Of a stretch of 64,000 bases of DNA, positions 40,561 to 54,669 are shown in pieces (position 1 is the first letter of the stretch; every line of letters begins with the position of its first letter). The translations under genes were made by a program, and so were the position numbers. The notes beneath the pieces were generated by a model. It made no database searches, was not told the origin of the DNA, and was given only the letters and a program-made list of their open reading frames with translations. The stretch is from Squalus acanthias. Lineage: Eukaryota. Where the stretch lies: assembly GCA_030390025.1 (NCBI GenBank), contig CM059430.1, forward strand, positions 73,284,001-73,348,000. Direction: 5' to 3'.

Positions 40561-41689
40561 CATCTTTAATGATGGCTTCTGTATTGTTAAGTTATTTTTA
40601 CGATTATGGTATACACTACCCTGCAACAATTCACTTTATAATTCTTTGTTTTCAATGCAAACATTTATAGACCTTGATTCTCCCCTCCTCATAAACTGTT
40701 AAAGCCAGGCGCCAGATATTTTCTCGTATGTCTCCGAATTGGATTTATAACTTTGCTGGTAACCCCGCATGAACTGCGTAAACGGAGTTTCCACCATACT
40801 TTCGCCTAATTTACAATGGCTAACGAAATCCCAGCCATACAAAGAGATAGAGGCATCAGCAAGTCAGATACGGCAGATCTGCGGGCAAATGGGGAGCGAT
40901 GAGCTCCGAAATTTGTGTCTGCATTCACACTTCATTTTTGTTTCGGGGTCAATTTTTTCGCTACTCAGCCACATGCACGTATAGTGCAAATGCAGATTGA
41001 ATCCACATCAGAGCAGGATCCTAAACCGGAATGAAGCTGAACAAGTTTCCCTGGAGGAGACTTAGTCGCCTGGCTTTTCTTGTGATTAGTTCCGGTCTCG
41101 GCATCCGATGCATATTCAAGCTCTAAATTCGTGAAGAATCCCACGCACCCTCTGATGGGTTTTGCATGAGTATTTAGAGAGCGGGAGGACCCAATCCTTT
41201 CCAGCTTCTTAAAACTAAAAATCTAAACTCTTTCCTCAGCATCCCCTCCCAAGCAGTCTGCAGATTTTTAAGCCAAAGCTTGAGTATATTTATCATGAAT
41301 TTTTTATATTCTCCTCATCTTGACTGTTTATTGATTAAACATTGGCGATGTCCTGCACTTGTTGCAGATTTACACAAGTACTTCAATTGATAAAGGTGCA
41401 TCTACCAATTTAGTGCTAAGACAAAATGCCTGTAGCTTCCCCTGGATATCCAATTGACAGTGTAAACCCGGAATCACACTGTAAACTAACTTTGGAACCA
41501 AGGGCAGTGAAAGTTTCGAGTTAGTTAGAATCTCCTGCATCAAGTGGCACATGGGGCAACCCATTTGTTTCAATGCTGTCTGTACAGAGCAAGTATTTGA
41601 CTCCAATCGTAGTATCATCTTGCTTCATATTAAGCAGAAGGTGGTTCTCCACTGTTAATGTTTATACGTGCCAGTCCGTTACTGACTTA

Positions 41690-44600
41690 GAACATAAGAA
41701 CATAAGAAGTAGGAGCAGGAGTAGGCCATATGGCTCCTCAGGCCTGCTCCGCCATTCAATAAGATCATGGCTGATCCGAACCGAGACACACGTCCACTTC
41801 CCTGACCGCTCCCCATAACCCTTAATTCCCTTATCAGCTAGGAAACTGTCTATCTCCGTTTTAAATGTATTTAATGTCGCAGCTTCCACAGCACTCTGAG
41901 GTAGCAAATTCCAAAGATTTACTACCCTCTGAGTGAAGAAGTTTCTCCTCATCTCAGTTTTGAAACGGCAGCCCTTATTCTAAGATTATGCTCCTAGTTC
42001 TAGTCTCACCCATCAGTGGAAACATCCTCCCCGCCTCCACCCGATCAAGCCCACTCACAATCTTATATGTTTCGATAAGATCGCCTCTCATTCTTCTGAA
42101 TTCTTATGAGTAGAGGCCCCACCAACTCAACCTTTCCTCATAAGTCAACCCCCTCATCTCCGGAATCAACCGAGTGAATCTTATCTGAACTGCCTCGAGA
42201 GCAAGTATATATTTTCTTAAACATGGAAATCAAAACTGCATGCAGTATTCCAGTTGTGGCCTCACCAGTACCCTGTAAAACTGAAGCAAGACCTCCATGC
42301 TTTTATACTCCATCCCCCTTGCAATAAAAGCCAAGATTCCATTGGTCTTCATGATCACCTGCTGTACCTGCATACTAACCTTCTGTGTTTCATGCAACAG
42401 GACCCCCAGATCCCTTTGTACTGTAGCACTTTGCAGTTTCTTTCCATTTAGATAATAACTTGCTCTTTGATTGTTTCTGCCAAAGTGCATAACCTCACAC
42501 TTTCCAACATTATATTCCATCTGCCAAATTTCCTCCCACCCACTTAGCCTCTCTATGTCCTTTTGCAGGTTTTTTATGTCCTCCTCACTCACTGCTTTTC
42601 CTCCCATCTTTGTATCGTCAGCAAACTTGGATACGTTACACTTGGTCCCCTCCTCCAAATCTTTAATATAGATTGTAAAGAGTAGGTGTCCCAGCACTGA
42701 CCCTTGCGGAACACCACTAGTTACTGATTGCCAACCCGAGAATGAACCATTTATCCCAACTTTATGTTTTCTGTTAGATAGCCAATCTTCCACACATGCC
42801 AGTATATTACATCCAATCTCGTGATTTTTTTATCTTGTGCAGTAATCTTTTGTGTGGCACCTTATCAAATGACTTTTGGAAGTCCAAATACACCACATGC
42901 ACTCGTTCCCCTTTATCCACCCTGTGTGTTACGTCCTCAAAAAATTCGAGCAATTTTGTCAAGCATGATTTCCCCTTCATAAAACCATGCTGACTCTGTC
43001 CGATTAAATTATGCTTATCCAAATGTCCTGTTACTGCTTCCTTAATAATTGACTCCAACATTTTACCAACCACAGATGTTAGGCTAACTGGTCGATAGTT
43101 TCCAGCCATTTGTTTACATCCCTTTTTCAATAAGGGCGTTGCATTAGCAGTTTTCCAATCTGCTGGGACAGTTACCGAATCCAGGGAGTTTTGAAAAATT
43201 ACCATCAACGCATCCGCAATCGCTGCCGCTGCTTCTCCCAAGACCCTAGGATGTAAGCCATCAGGTCCAGGGGATTTATCCGCCTTAAGTCCCATTAACT
43301 TACCGAGTACCTTCTCCTAAGTGATTTTAATCGTGTTTAGCTCCTCCCCCCCTATAGCCCCCCGTTTGTCCAGTGTTGGGATATTTTTAGTATCCTCTTC
43401 TGTAAAGACTGATACAAAATATTTGTTCAGCGTATTTGCCATCTCCGTGTTCCCCACTACTAATTTCCCGGTCTCCTCCTCTAAGGGACCAACATTCACT
43501 ATAGCCACCCTTTTTCTTTTTATATAACTGTAGAAACTCTTGCAATCTGTTTTTAAATTTTTTGCTAGTTTACTTTCATAATCTATCTTCCCCTTCTTAA
43601 TTCATCTTTTAGTTATTATTTTCTGGCTTTTAAATGTTTCCAATCGTCTATCCTCACACTAGATTTGGCTACTTTATAGGCCCTTGTTTTCAGTCGGATA
43701 CTATCCTTTATTACTTTACTTAACCACGGATCGCTTTCTTTTCTTTTACGCCCCTTTTTCCTCAGTGGAATATATTTATCTTGGAAGTTGTGAAATACCT
43801 CCTTGAATGTACACCACTGCTCCTGTACCGTCTTAAACCTTAATCTATTTTCCCAGTCCAGTTTAGTCAACTCTGCTCTCATACCTTCATATCTCCTTTA
43901 TTTAAGCTTAGTACGCTGGTTTGAGATCCAACTCTCTCACCCTCCAACTGAATTTGGAATTCAACCATGTTATCGTCACTCATTACAAGGGGATCCTTTA
44001 CTAGGACATATTTTATTAATCCTGTCTCATTACACAGGACCAGATCTAAGATTGCCTGCCCCCTGTTTGGTTCAGTAACATACTGCTCAAGGAACCCGTC
44101 CCTAATGCACTCTATGAACACTTCCTCAATGCTGCCTGCCCAATTTGATTTGTCCAGTCAATTTGAAAGTTAAAATCTCCCATGATTATAGCTGTTCCCT
44201 TATTACAAGCCCCAACTATTTCCTGATTTATACTCCGACCAATAGAGTTACAACTGTTAGGAAGCCTATAGACTACGCCCACTAGTGGCTTTATCCCCTT
44301 ATTATTCCTTATCTCCACCCAAACTGTTTCACTATCCTGAACGTTTGACCCAATATCATTTCTCACTATTGCAGTGATTCCATCCTTTATTAACATAGCC
44401 ACCCCACCTCCCTTTCCTTCCAGTCTGTACTTCCTAATCGTCAAATACCCCTGGATGTTTAGTTCCCAGTCATAGTCACCTCGCAGCCATATTTCTGTAA
44501 TGTCCACCAGATCATACCCATGTGTAGTTATTTGTAGGGTCAACTCGTCTATTTTGTTACGAATGCTGCGTGCATTCAGATAAATAACTTTTAAACATGT

Positions 44601-45330
44601 TTTGTGACAATTTATTCTTGCTTTACCACCTTCACTACTATACCTTTATTTATATATTCTGTCCCTTCCTGACACGCTCTGGTTTTTAATTTCCCCTCTG
44701 CTAATTTGCTCTATTGCCTTCTCCGCTGTCATTTTTATTCTTCGCTCACTTGAAACCTCCCCCACCCCACTATTAGTTTAAAGCCCTCTCTACAGCCCTA
44801 GTGATTCGATTCGCAAGGATTCTAGTCCCAGCACTGGCCAAGTGAAGTCTGTCCCAACGGAAAATTTCTCTCCCGTCCCAGTACTGTTGCCAGTGTCCCA
44901 AGAAGCAAAACCCATTTCTCCCACACCAGTCTTTGAGCCACGCATTTCACACACTGATTTTATTTACCCTAGCCAAATTTGCTCGTGGCTCAGGTAGTAA
45001 TCCAAAGATTATTACCCTTGTGGTGCTGCTTTTTAATTTGGCCCCTAGCTGCTCATACTCCCTAAGCAGAACCTCTTTCCTTGTCCTATCTCTGTCGTTG
45101 GTACCAACATGGACCACGACAACTGGATCCTCCCCCTCCACTCCAAGTTTCTCTCCAGCCCAGAGGAGATGTCCTTAACCGTGGCACCGGGCAGACAACA
45201 CAACCTTCGGGACTCTCGCTCTCGGCTGCAAAGAGCCCTAAATATCCCCCTTATGATACTATCCCCTACCACTACAACATTTTTTTTACTCCCCCCACTT
45301 GAATGGCCCCCCGTTCCACGGTGCTGTCTT
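41690..45330 (-). mobile_element. Long CR1 LINE: ORF1 esterase (SGNH) domain plus ORF2 APE and RT, frameshifted
   Basis: ORF1: VGDSIIRG, CLPGATVKD, VHVGTND. APE: ITEIWL, MGDFN, LDLVL. RT: SGVPQGSVLG, KFADDTK. Tail AACATAAGAACATAAG. Confidence 0.95.
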
Positions 45331-45859
45331 GTCTCCTGGTTGTTTGAGTATCGAAAGGCCGTCTTTCAAACATATATCATCGATTGATTCAAGTGCATTT
45401 TTCTAGTGTTGTGCCAGAAATATGGCCACCTTGCCTTTTCATATCTGTCAATAAAAGATTCGCTGCAACAAAAACCACAACATGATGCATGTATATAGCA
45501 CTCTTACCGTAGAACAACGTGCCAATCCGCATCACAGAGGTAATCAGGAAGAAAATGGATTCCAACCTAAAGAGGTTATTAATGGAAGCGACTAAAAGCT
45601 CTTTCAAAGAAGTGGGTTTTAAGTAGGGTCTTCCAGGAAGCGAGGGTATTGCAGAGATGTATTGAAGGAATTGTTGAGTGTGGTCCTTTGGTGCTTGAAT
45701 GTACGGCAGCCTATGAAGTGACGAAGATAAAGGGGGTACACATCAAATAAGCGTCATAGTAACAAAGACTTCAATCAGTTAATTTATGATTCATTATTAA
45801 CTTGGGCTGCCGCATGGATTGATTTTTTAATTTATGCCACTATATTTTGGAGATATGTA

Positions 45860-46775
45860 AACATGGGTGGGAAAGCAAGTTGTGCAGAGGACTGAAAGAA
45901 TCTGCAAAGGGATATCGACAGGCTAGGTGAGTGGGCAAACATTTAGCAGATGGAGTATAATGTGGGAAAGTGTGAGGTTATCCAGTTTGGCAGGAAAAAT
46001 AAAAGAAGCAAACTATTATTTAAATGGAGAGAGATTACAAAATGCGACAGTTCAGAGGGACCTGGGGTTCCTTGTGCATGAAACACAAAAAGTTAGCATG
46101 CAGGTGCAGCAAGTAATCAAAAAGGCAAATGGAATGTTGGCCTTTATTTCAAAGGGGGTTGGAGTATGAAAGCAGGGAAGTCCTACTGCAACTGTACAAT
46201 GTATTGGTAAGGCCACGCCTTGAGTACTGCGTACAGTTTTGGTCTCCTTAATTAAGGAAGGAATACTTGCATTGGAGGCAGTTCAGAGATGATTCTCTAG
46301 TTTAATTCCAGAGATGAGGGGTTTGACTTTGAGGAAAGCTTGAGCAGGCTGGGCCTATACTCATTGGAATTTAGAAGAATGAGAGGTGATCTTATCGAAA
46401 CATATAAGATATTGAGGGGGATCGACAGGATAAATGCAGAGAGGATGTTTCCCCTCATGGGTAAAACTAGAACTCGGGGGCACAGTCTCAGAATAAAGGG
46501 TCGCCCTTTTAGAACTGAGATGAGGAGGAACTTCTTCTCAGCGGATCGGAAATTTGTGGAATTCTCTGCCCCAGAGAGCTGTGGAGGCTGGGTCATTAAA
46601 TACATTTAAAGTGGAGATAGACAATTTTTTGCAAGATAAGGGAGTGAATGGTTATGGGGAGCGGGCTGGGAAGTAGCTTTGAGCCCTAGATCAGCCATGA
46701 TCTTATTGAATGGCGGAGCAGGCTGGAGTGGCCAAGTAACCTATTCCTGCTCCTATTTCTTATGTTCTTATGTTC
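45860..46775 (+). mobile_element. CR1 3' fragment
   Basis: LGLYSLEFRRMRGDLIETYKIL; tail TTCTTATGTTCTTATGTT. Confidence 0.9.
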
Positions 46776-47024
46776 AAATGTCACAGGATGGAGGAATGCT
46801 TTGAATTTCCTTTAATGCCCGTATTTGATAATTAGGCAGCGAGATTCTTGAATGACAAACCATGGTTTTAGATTTAAGTACAACAAACTTTGAAGAGATG
46901 AGAAATTAATTGACGATAATAAACTAGGCTGGACCTATGATTAAACCTACGATAAAAAATGTAGGAATTATTCAAGGAAATATATGGCACGATACGAAAA
47001 CAGTGTAGACACCTAAAAGACAAA

Positions 47025-47918
47025 GGGGTAAAAATTCACTTGGTTGCGCCACCCGTTAGCGCCTTAAGAGGGCGCTAATGGGGCGCAAAGCCGCTAACGC
47101 CCGGGCGCAGCGATGTTTGCGCCGCTCGAGAACTTAACCTGAGATTGTGCGGCGGCGCTAAAACTTACCGCTGCGGCCACCTGCACGCGCAGATTGTGAC
47201 GTCATTCCATGGTGCAACGCCCTTTGGGCGCCCCGTAGCGGAAATTGAGTGGCGCCCCCTGCCTTACCGCCTGGCGCTTCCAACGACCAGAAGACTGGAA
47301 CGCTATCAATCGCTGTGGGGCTGGGGGGGGGCGCTATTTAAAGGGGGCCTCTTCCTCTCTTTTATTGTTGGTGGCATTTTTGAACTACGCATTCTGAGAG
47401 AGAGAGGGAGAGACTTCTGGAGAGATTCAACGTTGTGTGAAGGAGTTTTGGGTACTGAGCAGCACTTTGCAGGTTCATTTTGATTTGCCATTCCTTGTAT
47501 CGATTTAGCAGAGACCGTGGGAGCTGCACTCTGAGCTCTTTGCCTGGTGCTCTCCATTGTTCTTTCCAGCACATTTGATGTGCAAGTCTCTCCAGGCTGA
47601 GATTCAAGGCAGCAATGAACAGGATGTGGATGGAAAGCAAGATTAACCATCCCCTTTAAGAACTGGCCCGTGCCATTGTGTGTGTGTTCCATTGCTGACT
47701 GACATTACATGAGCTTCGCCAGCGCTCCGAGTTAGCGCCTCACTGCTCGGCCTTTGCGCTTTAAGAGAGGTGTGCAGCGCCTGCTTTAGCGCTCCACTCA
47801 CCTCCCGGGGCGTTAAAAGTGAAGTTTCCCATCAGTGCCGATAATTAGCGCCAGGCGCTAATATTTGCGTCCGGACGATATTTGCGCCCCAAATGGGGCG
47901 CGACCTAATTTCTAGCCC
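47025..47918. mobile_element. GC-rich Harbinger-type non-autonomous element, TSD AAA
   Basis: GGGGTAAAAATT..TTGCGCC / GGCGCGACCTAATTTCTAGCCC termini, AAA flanks, many TTAGCGCC subterminal motifs. Confidence 0.78.
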
Positions 47919-49002
47919 AAAGACTTCACTTCTGTAGATAACAATCACGCAGAGCAAACGAGGTAAGAGATAGTATTAAGTTATCAGAAAAACATTGCAC
48001 AAATGCAAGGAAAAATAAAAATATAGCAGACTAACAAAGGTATAAAAACCAAACAAAATGGATAAAAAAGTAACAGGTGCAAATAGGGAACAGGAAAAAT
48101 TTCAATGAATATCAAAACTTATACCACAACTTTTAATCAACATATTAAGAGGAGAGTGTGGGAATATGGCTCCTTTAAAAAGAGATGCAAGTGAGACCAC
48201 AATGGACAATAAGGAAATAGAAGACTTGTGAAATGACTACTTTCTACCGGATTTCACAGAGGATCAAGAGGACAAATCTGCAGCTGCACAAGGGAAGCTA
48301 AATATAAGTCAACGGGAACAACTTAGTGTATTTAAAATAAATAAATAATATAGTAAAGGCAAAATAATGGGACTTAAGATCCACAAATCTGCAGGAGCTG
48401 GTGGCTTCCACCACAGTAAACTAAAATTCCTTGGTAAAGAAATTGCAAGTGCATTCGTCACATTTTTCCATAGCTCTCTTGATCCAGGAATTGCGCCTTT
48501 ACATTAAAAATATGCAAATGTTGCTGCATTATTATGGATCACTGCGAATGCATCAGAACTTTTTATGGGCGCTGCAACTACCCGATGTATAAATGGAAGG
48601 TGAATGTTAGCCCAATGCGTGACGGGAAATGCTATGCAAACCGTAAAAGCTTGCTCACTAAGTTTATTTTCTGGTGAAAAGGGTTCTATTCGCTTCATAT
48701 CACCAGAGGCCATAGAATAGATTACGAACTTGGCCAACATTTAATGTCACGCTTAAGAATTTTGAGAGGGAAACGATTTAACTGCAGATCCGTCAGATTA
48801 ACATCAGTTCTGGGCAAGATACTGAGATTGATTATCAAGACAGTGTGATGAAGAACTTGGACAAGTATGAGCTGATTAAAGAGAGCTAGCGTGGATTAGT
48901 GAAAGGTAGTTCATGTCTGACTAACCTTGCTGATTTTTTGACATGGTGGATAGGATAATGTGTATAGATGTTGTCTGTATGCAATTCCAGAAGAAATTTA
49001 AT

Positions 49003-49764
49003 GGGTGAAAATTTCGGCCCTTCCTGGGTGAGTACGCACTGTGTACTCACTCGTAAGGCCCCCTGAAGTGCCGGTTTCCTGCATGCACTGCGCATGCACG
49101 GGAAACCGGAACTTCCGGTCTGGTGAAGGGGCGGTTCATAGGTGAACCGCGTGCGCGGTAGAGGCTGTGCGCACGCAGCAAACTTAGTTTTTTTCAGGTT
49201 TCTACGGCAGGGTAAGTATTGAAGAAACTACGCTTTTAAAAAGGAGGCGCAGGAGCCGTTTTCAACAAGGTAAGTGGTTAATAAAGTATAATTTAAAACA
49301 ATTTTCACTGGTTTATCTTTTTTAGATACTTTAAAGAAAGGTAAGTTTATTTTTAGCACTGTTAAAAAGTATTTTATTTTTTTCAAACATTTATTTTTTT
49401 GCTTAAAGTAGTTAATTTATTTAACTATTGTTTTTTATAAATGTGTGTGTTTTTAAAAAAATATATATTTTAAGTTTAGCTGTTCTTTTGGGGCCGATTT
49501 CAATTCATAGATTTGACAGGTCTTCCTGTCAAATCTATGAATGAAAGATGTTCTGCTGCCATTGGCTCTCCATGGCCCACGTGATCTGAGGGGACGCATC
49601 GGACTAACTGCGCCCCTGGGACACGCAAGCACTGCGTGCCGGCACTTGGAGCAGGCCCAGGAGCTGAAGTTCCCGTGGGCCCAAAACACAATGGCAGGTG
49701 CGGTAGGTAAGTGCGCGCGCGATCCTTACCCCCACGGCAAGCCGGAGAGGCGAATTTCAGGGCC
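49003..49764. mobile_element. Harbinger-type MITE (inverted relative of 15759-16493), TSD AAT
   Basis: GGGTGAAAATTTCG ... CGAATTTCAGGGCC, with AAT on both flanks. Confidence 0.85.
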
Positions 49765-52289
49765 AATAAGTTCAATGTGGGGAAGTGATGTCATCCACCT
49801 TGGATTCAAAAAAGACAAATCAGCATATTTTTTTCATATTTTCTTCAAAGAGAAACTAGGCACTGTGGAGGGAAAATCACTAAAATCTTGTACACGGCTA
49901 TGAAATATAATCAGAATGAGTAATGGAATGCTATCCTTTGTCTCAAGGGGGTTGGAATACAAAAATAAGGAAGTGATGCCTAAGTTTTACAGAGCCTTGG
50001 TCAGACTCCACCTGGAGAACAGTGTTCAGTTTTGCGCAACACATTTCAGAAAATCTATACTGGTCTTGCAGGGGGTACAGTGCAGATTCACCAGAATTAT
50101 ACCTGGTCTTAAAGTATCATACTATGAACACGTTGCATAATATTGGCTTGTGTTGCATTGAGTGTAGAAGGTTCAGAGCTGATCAAAGCTAGGTTTTTAA
50201 AACGATGAAGGGATTCGTTACGTCAGATACCGATAAACTATTTTGTCTAGTGAGGGAATTCTGAAAAAGGGCCATAATATAAATATTAGCTCTAGCTCCT
50301 TCATAAGTTATATCAGGAAGCACATTTTCACATAAAGGATAGTAGAAGTATTGAACTCTCTTCGCAAAAGGCTGTGGGTGCTGAGTGAATGGAAATTTTC
50401 AAGACTATGATCGACTGATTTTTGTTAAGTAAGAGTATCGAAGTATATGGAGCAAAGGCTGGTAAATGGCGTAAAGGTAATGATCAACCACGTTCTAATT
50501 GAATCGTGAAACAGGCTCGAGGTGCTGAATCCTCTACTCCTATTCATATGCTCCTATGAGGTGTTTTATAACATCCCCAATATATTAACCATGTGCAAGT
50601 TGAGGCAGTTTGTTAGCAGTCAACCTCTTTCCTCTTCTGGTTCACAGCAATACATTTCGAGTAAGCACGAGATACGTTATAGTGTAGTATATGGCACAGA
50701 ATTTATTAATATACAGCAGGGGTGATCAGCCTAAATGTATACAGAGATTGGCTTTTCAGCTTCAAAATTATCTTTTGAGCCGTTGAACGAAATGCTGAAA
50801 ACCATGATCCTTTATTCACCATATTTAACCTACATCAAAGGTGCATGACATAGATAAGACTGCATGGAGTATCTATTCCCAAATACTTTAAAGTCAGACA
50901 TTCATGTAAACACGTGTAGTTGTTTACTTCACAGCCACTTCCCGTAAACAAGATTTGCTGACATCTTTGAAGAAAACTGTTTACCAACCGTTACCTTGCT
51001 ATGCTATAGCTAATCGATACCTCCTCCCCATATTTATTACCCAAGCCCCTGAAGTTAAATTTTAACCACTCACAGCTGACGTCATTACTCTCATGTATTA
51101 ATTTGCAGAAGTACCTTACATATCAGAAGATAAGATATGCCATTCCCTCACGACACTTCACAGTCATCCTGTTCCAAGATACGAAGAAATTCGACTGTTA
51201 ACGCTTAGCTCCCCAAGATATCCAACATACATCGCTTCAAGATGTCCAACACGGCTGTCTGTTTGAGTAACACCTTGTGACAGCAAGAGACGAGTCTGAA
51301 CGACACCCCATCGTGGTGCCCAGACATTTCAAAGTTAACTTCAGTGCCTCATTGGTCTGAACGGTAGTTGGGACATAAGTGACGTTATTGCATTTTATTT
51401 GTTTGCAAGTATATTTCTTTTTGTGTGAAATGGTGTCAACCATAGGTGAGGGAGCAGTGTTATTTACGTAAATTGTCAAGTGCTAACAACGGTTAGATTA
51501 ACGAGTTCCCTATATATTCCACGTTATTAACTGTCCATTGTTTACAAGAGCGGAGTGAAGTAGGAGAATGCAAGTAACACTATTCAATCTGACGCTGGAT
51601 TAGGCCAACCTAGATCATTAGGAAAATGTACTTCTGTTACCTTTACAGTCTCCACTTTAGATTTCTGTCTGTAGGTTTGATTGATTTTACAATCTTCATT
51701 TGCAACGATGTGCTGTTTATGGGTATTAACTTCTTTCCATCGTGCTCTTGTTATACCTTGGCCTAAAATGTTTTTTCAACACAACGAATATTAACATAAT
51801 TATTTCATCTGGGTGCAGCGCTGCGCTAACACAGCCTACAAAGTAATTTTATGCAAGAACAATAACCGATGCAATAGTAGAGTGAATACCCTGCCCCAGA
51901 CTCAGGTATGATGGTTTGGGCTTTAGGGTACAGTTATTGAAGTGCAGGTTAAAGACGGGAATTGCACATATGTGCTATGATATATATGCAATTTTGGCTC
52001 CAGTTGGCATTTTTTTTATATTAACAATGGCAAGTGGTTAGCTTATTTCGTGAGTTTCTAAAGTTCACACGTGGTCTTATAAACCTCCTTTGAAAATGGT
52101 TTGGAATGTGACTGTCTGTGCAAAGTCCAAGCAAGTTATAATGGGGTTTATAACTCCGGCCCAGTGTTCGAAGCCTCAGGACTCTTGCTTTAACGCACTG
52201 GTGATTCAAATCGCTGGCATGAGTCTGGAGTTATACAGCCATTTTTCCACCAGTGTTCAACTGAAACCATTTTGTTTCAATGGGAATTG

Positions 52290-53660
52290 TCAGTTACATA
52301 GAATTACATAGAAGATAAAGCATAGAAACAGGCCATTCAGCCAACTGGTCCATGCCGGACTTAATGCTCCCTTTGTGCCTCCTCCTGTTCTTCCTCATCT
52401 AATTCTTTCAGCATAACCCACTATTCCCTTCTCCATCATATGTTCATCCTGCTTCAGCTTAAGTGCATCTATACTATTCGCCTCAACATCTCCCTGTTGT
52501 AACTTGTTCCACATTCTCACCACTCTCTGGGTGAAGAAGTTCCTTCTGAATTCCTTATTTGATTTCCTGGTGGCTATCCTATATTGATATCATTTAGTTT
52601 TGCTCTTCTCCATAAGTGGCAAGACTCACTGTGTCTTCGCTGTGAAAACCTTTCATAATTTTAAAGACCTTTATTAGGTCACCACTCAGCCTTCCCATTT
52701 CAAGAGAATAGATAGCAAGCCTGTTCACCGTGATAGGTTATAACCTTGCAGTTCTAGTATCATCCTTGCCAATCTTTTCTTCTTCCTCTCCAGTACCTCT
52801 GTATCCTATTTCATAATATGGCAACTAGAAATGTACTAAGTACTCCAAGTGTGCTCTAACCAAGGTTCTATTCAAGTTTAGCATACTTCTCAACTTTTCA
52901 ATTCTATCCCACTAGAAATGAACCCTTATGTTTGGTTTGCTTTGTTATGACCTTATTCATCTTCGTTACTACTTTTAGTGATTAATGTATTTGTACTCCC
53001 AGATTCGTTTGCTTTTCTACCCCATTTAAATTCTTATTTTACAAGTAACATGTGACTTCATTATTTTTCTTTCCAAAATGTAATAGCTTCACTGAATCCT
53101 TTATCCCCTGCCATATTATGTCGAAATTGATTTGAAATTAGATGCACATTCTGCAAGTTTATTAATGTCTTCTTGTAATTTGTTGCAGTCCTCCTAAGTA
53201 TTGACAAGTCAAAACCCCTCCACCCCCACCTGCGACACCCCTTTCTTGTCGTCCGCAAATTTAGCAATTGTGTTTTGGATTCCAAAGATTACATCATTAA
53301 TATAAATTCTGGAATACAGTGGTCCCAGCAATGATCCTTGTGGGATCCCGCTTACCACGTTCTGACACTCTGAATCGCTACCGTTTACCCCGACACTCAG
53401 CCTTCTGTCTTGCAGCCTGCTAGTTAGACATCCTGCTACATTTCCACTGAATCCGCATGCTCTGACATTATTCATTTGTCTATTATGTGTTACCTTATTG
53501 AAGACACTTTGGAAATCTAGATATATTGCATCTACTACTTTACACTTGTCCACTCTCTCTGCTAACTCTTCAAAGAATTCAGTGGGGTTGGCCAGGCACG
53601 ACCTTCCCTTCTTAAATCCATACTGACTGTTCATTATTATATTTTTGATTTCTATATGTT
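52290..53660 (-). mobile_element. CR1 RT and 3' fragment
   Basis: YLDFQSVFNKV, SGIPQGSLLGP and KFADDKK motifs. Confidence 0.88.
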
Positions 53661-54669
53661 TTTCTTTTTAATTGTGACAACGTATTAAGTTTGCCGAATA
53701 AAACATTATGCAGATAATTCAAAATGTGGCCTCATTTAACTAACAATTAACTGACACTGGATATTTCTTACTTTAGATTTTATCGCGTGCTTGACGACAT
53801 ATTTGAGCATTTCCTTCATTGAATCCTTTATCCCCTGTCATATTATAGTCCGAATAACCATTATGGGGTGACATTGGCAGGGTAGCGTCATATAATTAGT
53901 AAATTGTAGGCAATCTTCGTGTACTGTATATCATTTCCCTGGGATACATAAACAGACAGAGGTATGGGATTTTGATCCCATTTGTTGCAGTTGGGTTTGC
54001 ACCAATATGCGAGGTACGAAAGAATGGGATATTAACCACCGTGCAACCTAACGCTAGTGGTGACGTAACTACTGCTTCTTTTATAGAATTTCCTTTCAAA
54101 GTAATGCAGCTGTACGTCTTTTCGTAGAAAATAATGTTCAACACACATAGGAGCAGGATTGCGTAAAAAATAAATGATCAGTTGATTGCAGAATGGCAGA
54201 GTTCTCTTCCCAACGCAAAAATCTATGCCGCTTACTCTTCGAGCATATGGGGAGAAGTTTCAGAATAGGCTTTGCTCATAGTCTGATAGCACATCTGTTC
54301 AATGTACAGCGTGGTACGGAACCAGACAGACAAAGTAGGTGTGCGAAATCTCCGATCTGTGCTGTGTTAGCTCATTTGAACTGAGTACCGGCACGTGTCC
54401 TGCAATTAGAACTACCACCTTTCAGCTGCATTGGAGTAAATTGAGCTAGGGTTCTTGCCCATGATCAGAATCTACTCAGACAGGTTGGAAAATACATGTC
54501 TGTGGATGTTGCAGAGGCCAGAATCTAGCTCATCTTTGACGTCACCAGCAATTGATCTGTCTACCGAGCTTCACTGTCTCGGGTCATACGTGAAAAATTC
54601 TTATTTGGAGAAAGTGCTGAAGCGTTTCCGTGGAGCCGTGCTCAGTGCAATAGACATATTTAGGAGGCA

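Larger units (their letters stand above)
46780..50560 (+). mobile_element. Old CR1 ORF2 interrupted by two DNA transposons
   Basis: Degraded ORF2 motifs through to the 3' UTR; split at 47025 and 49003. Confidence 0.7.
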
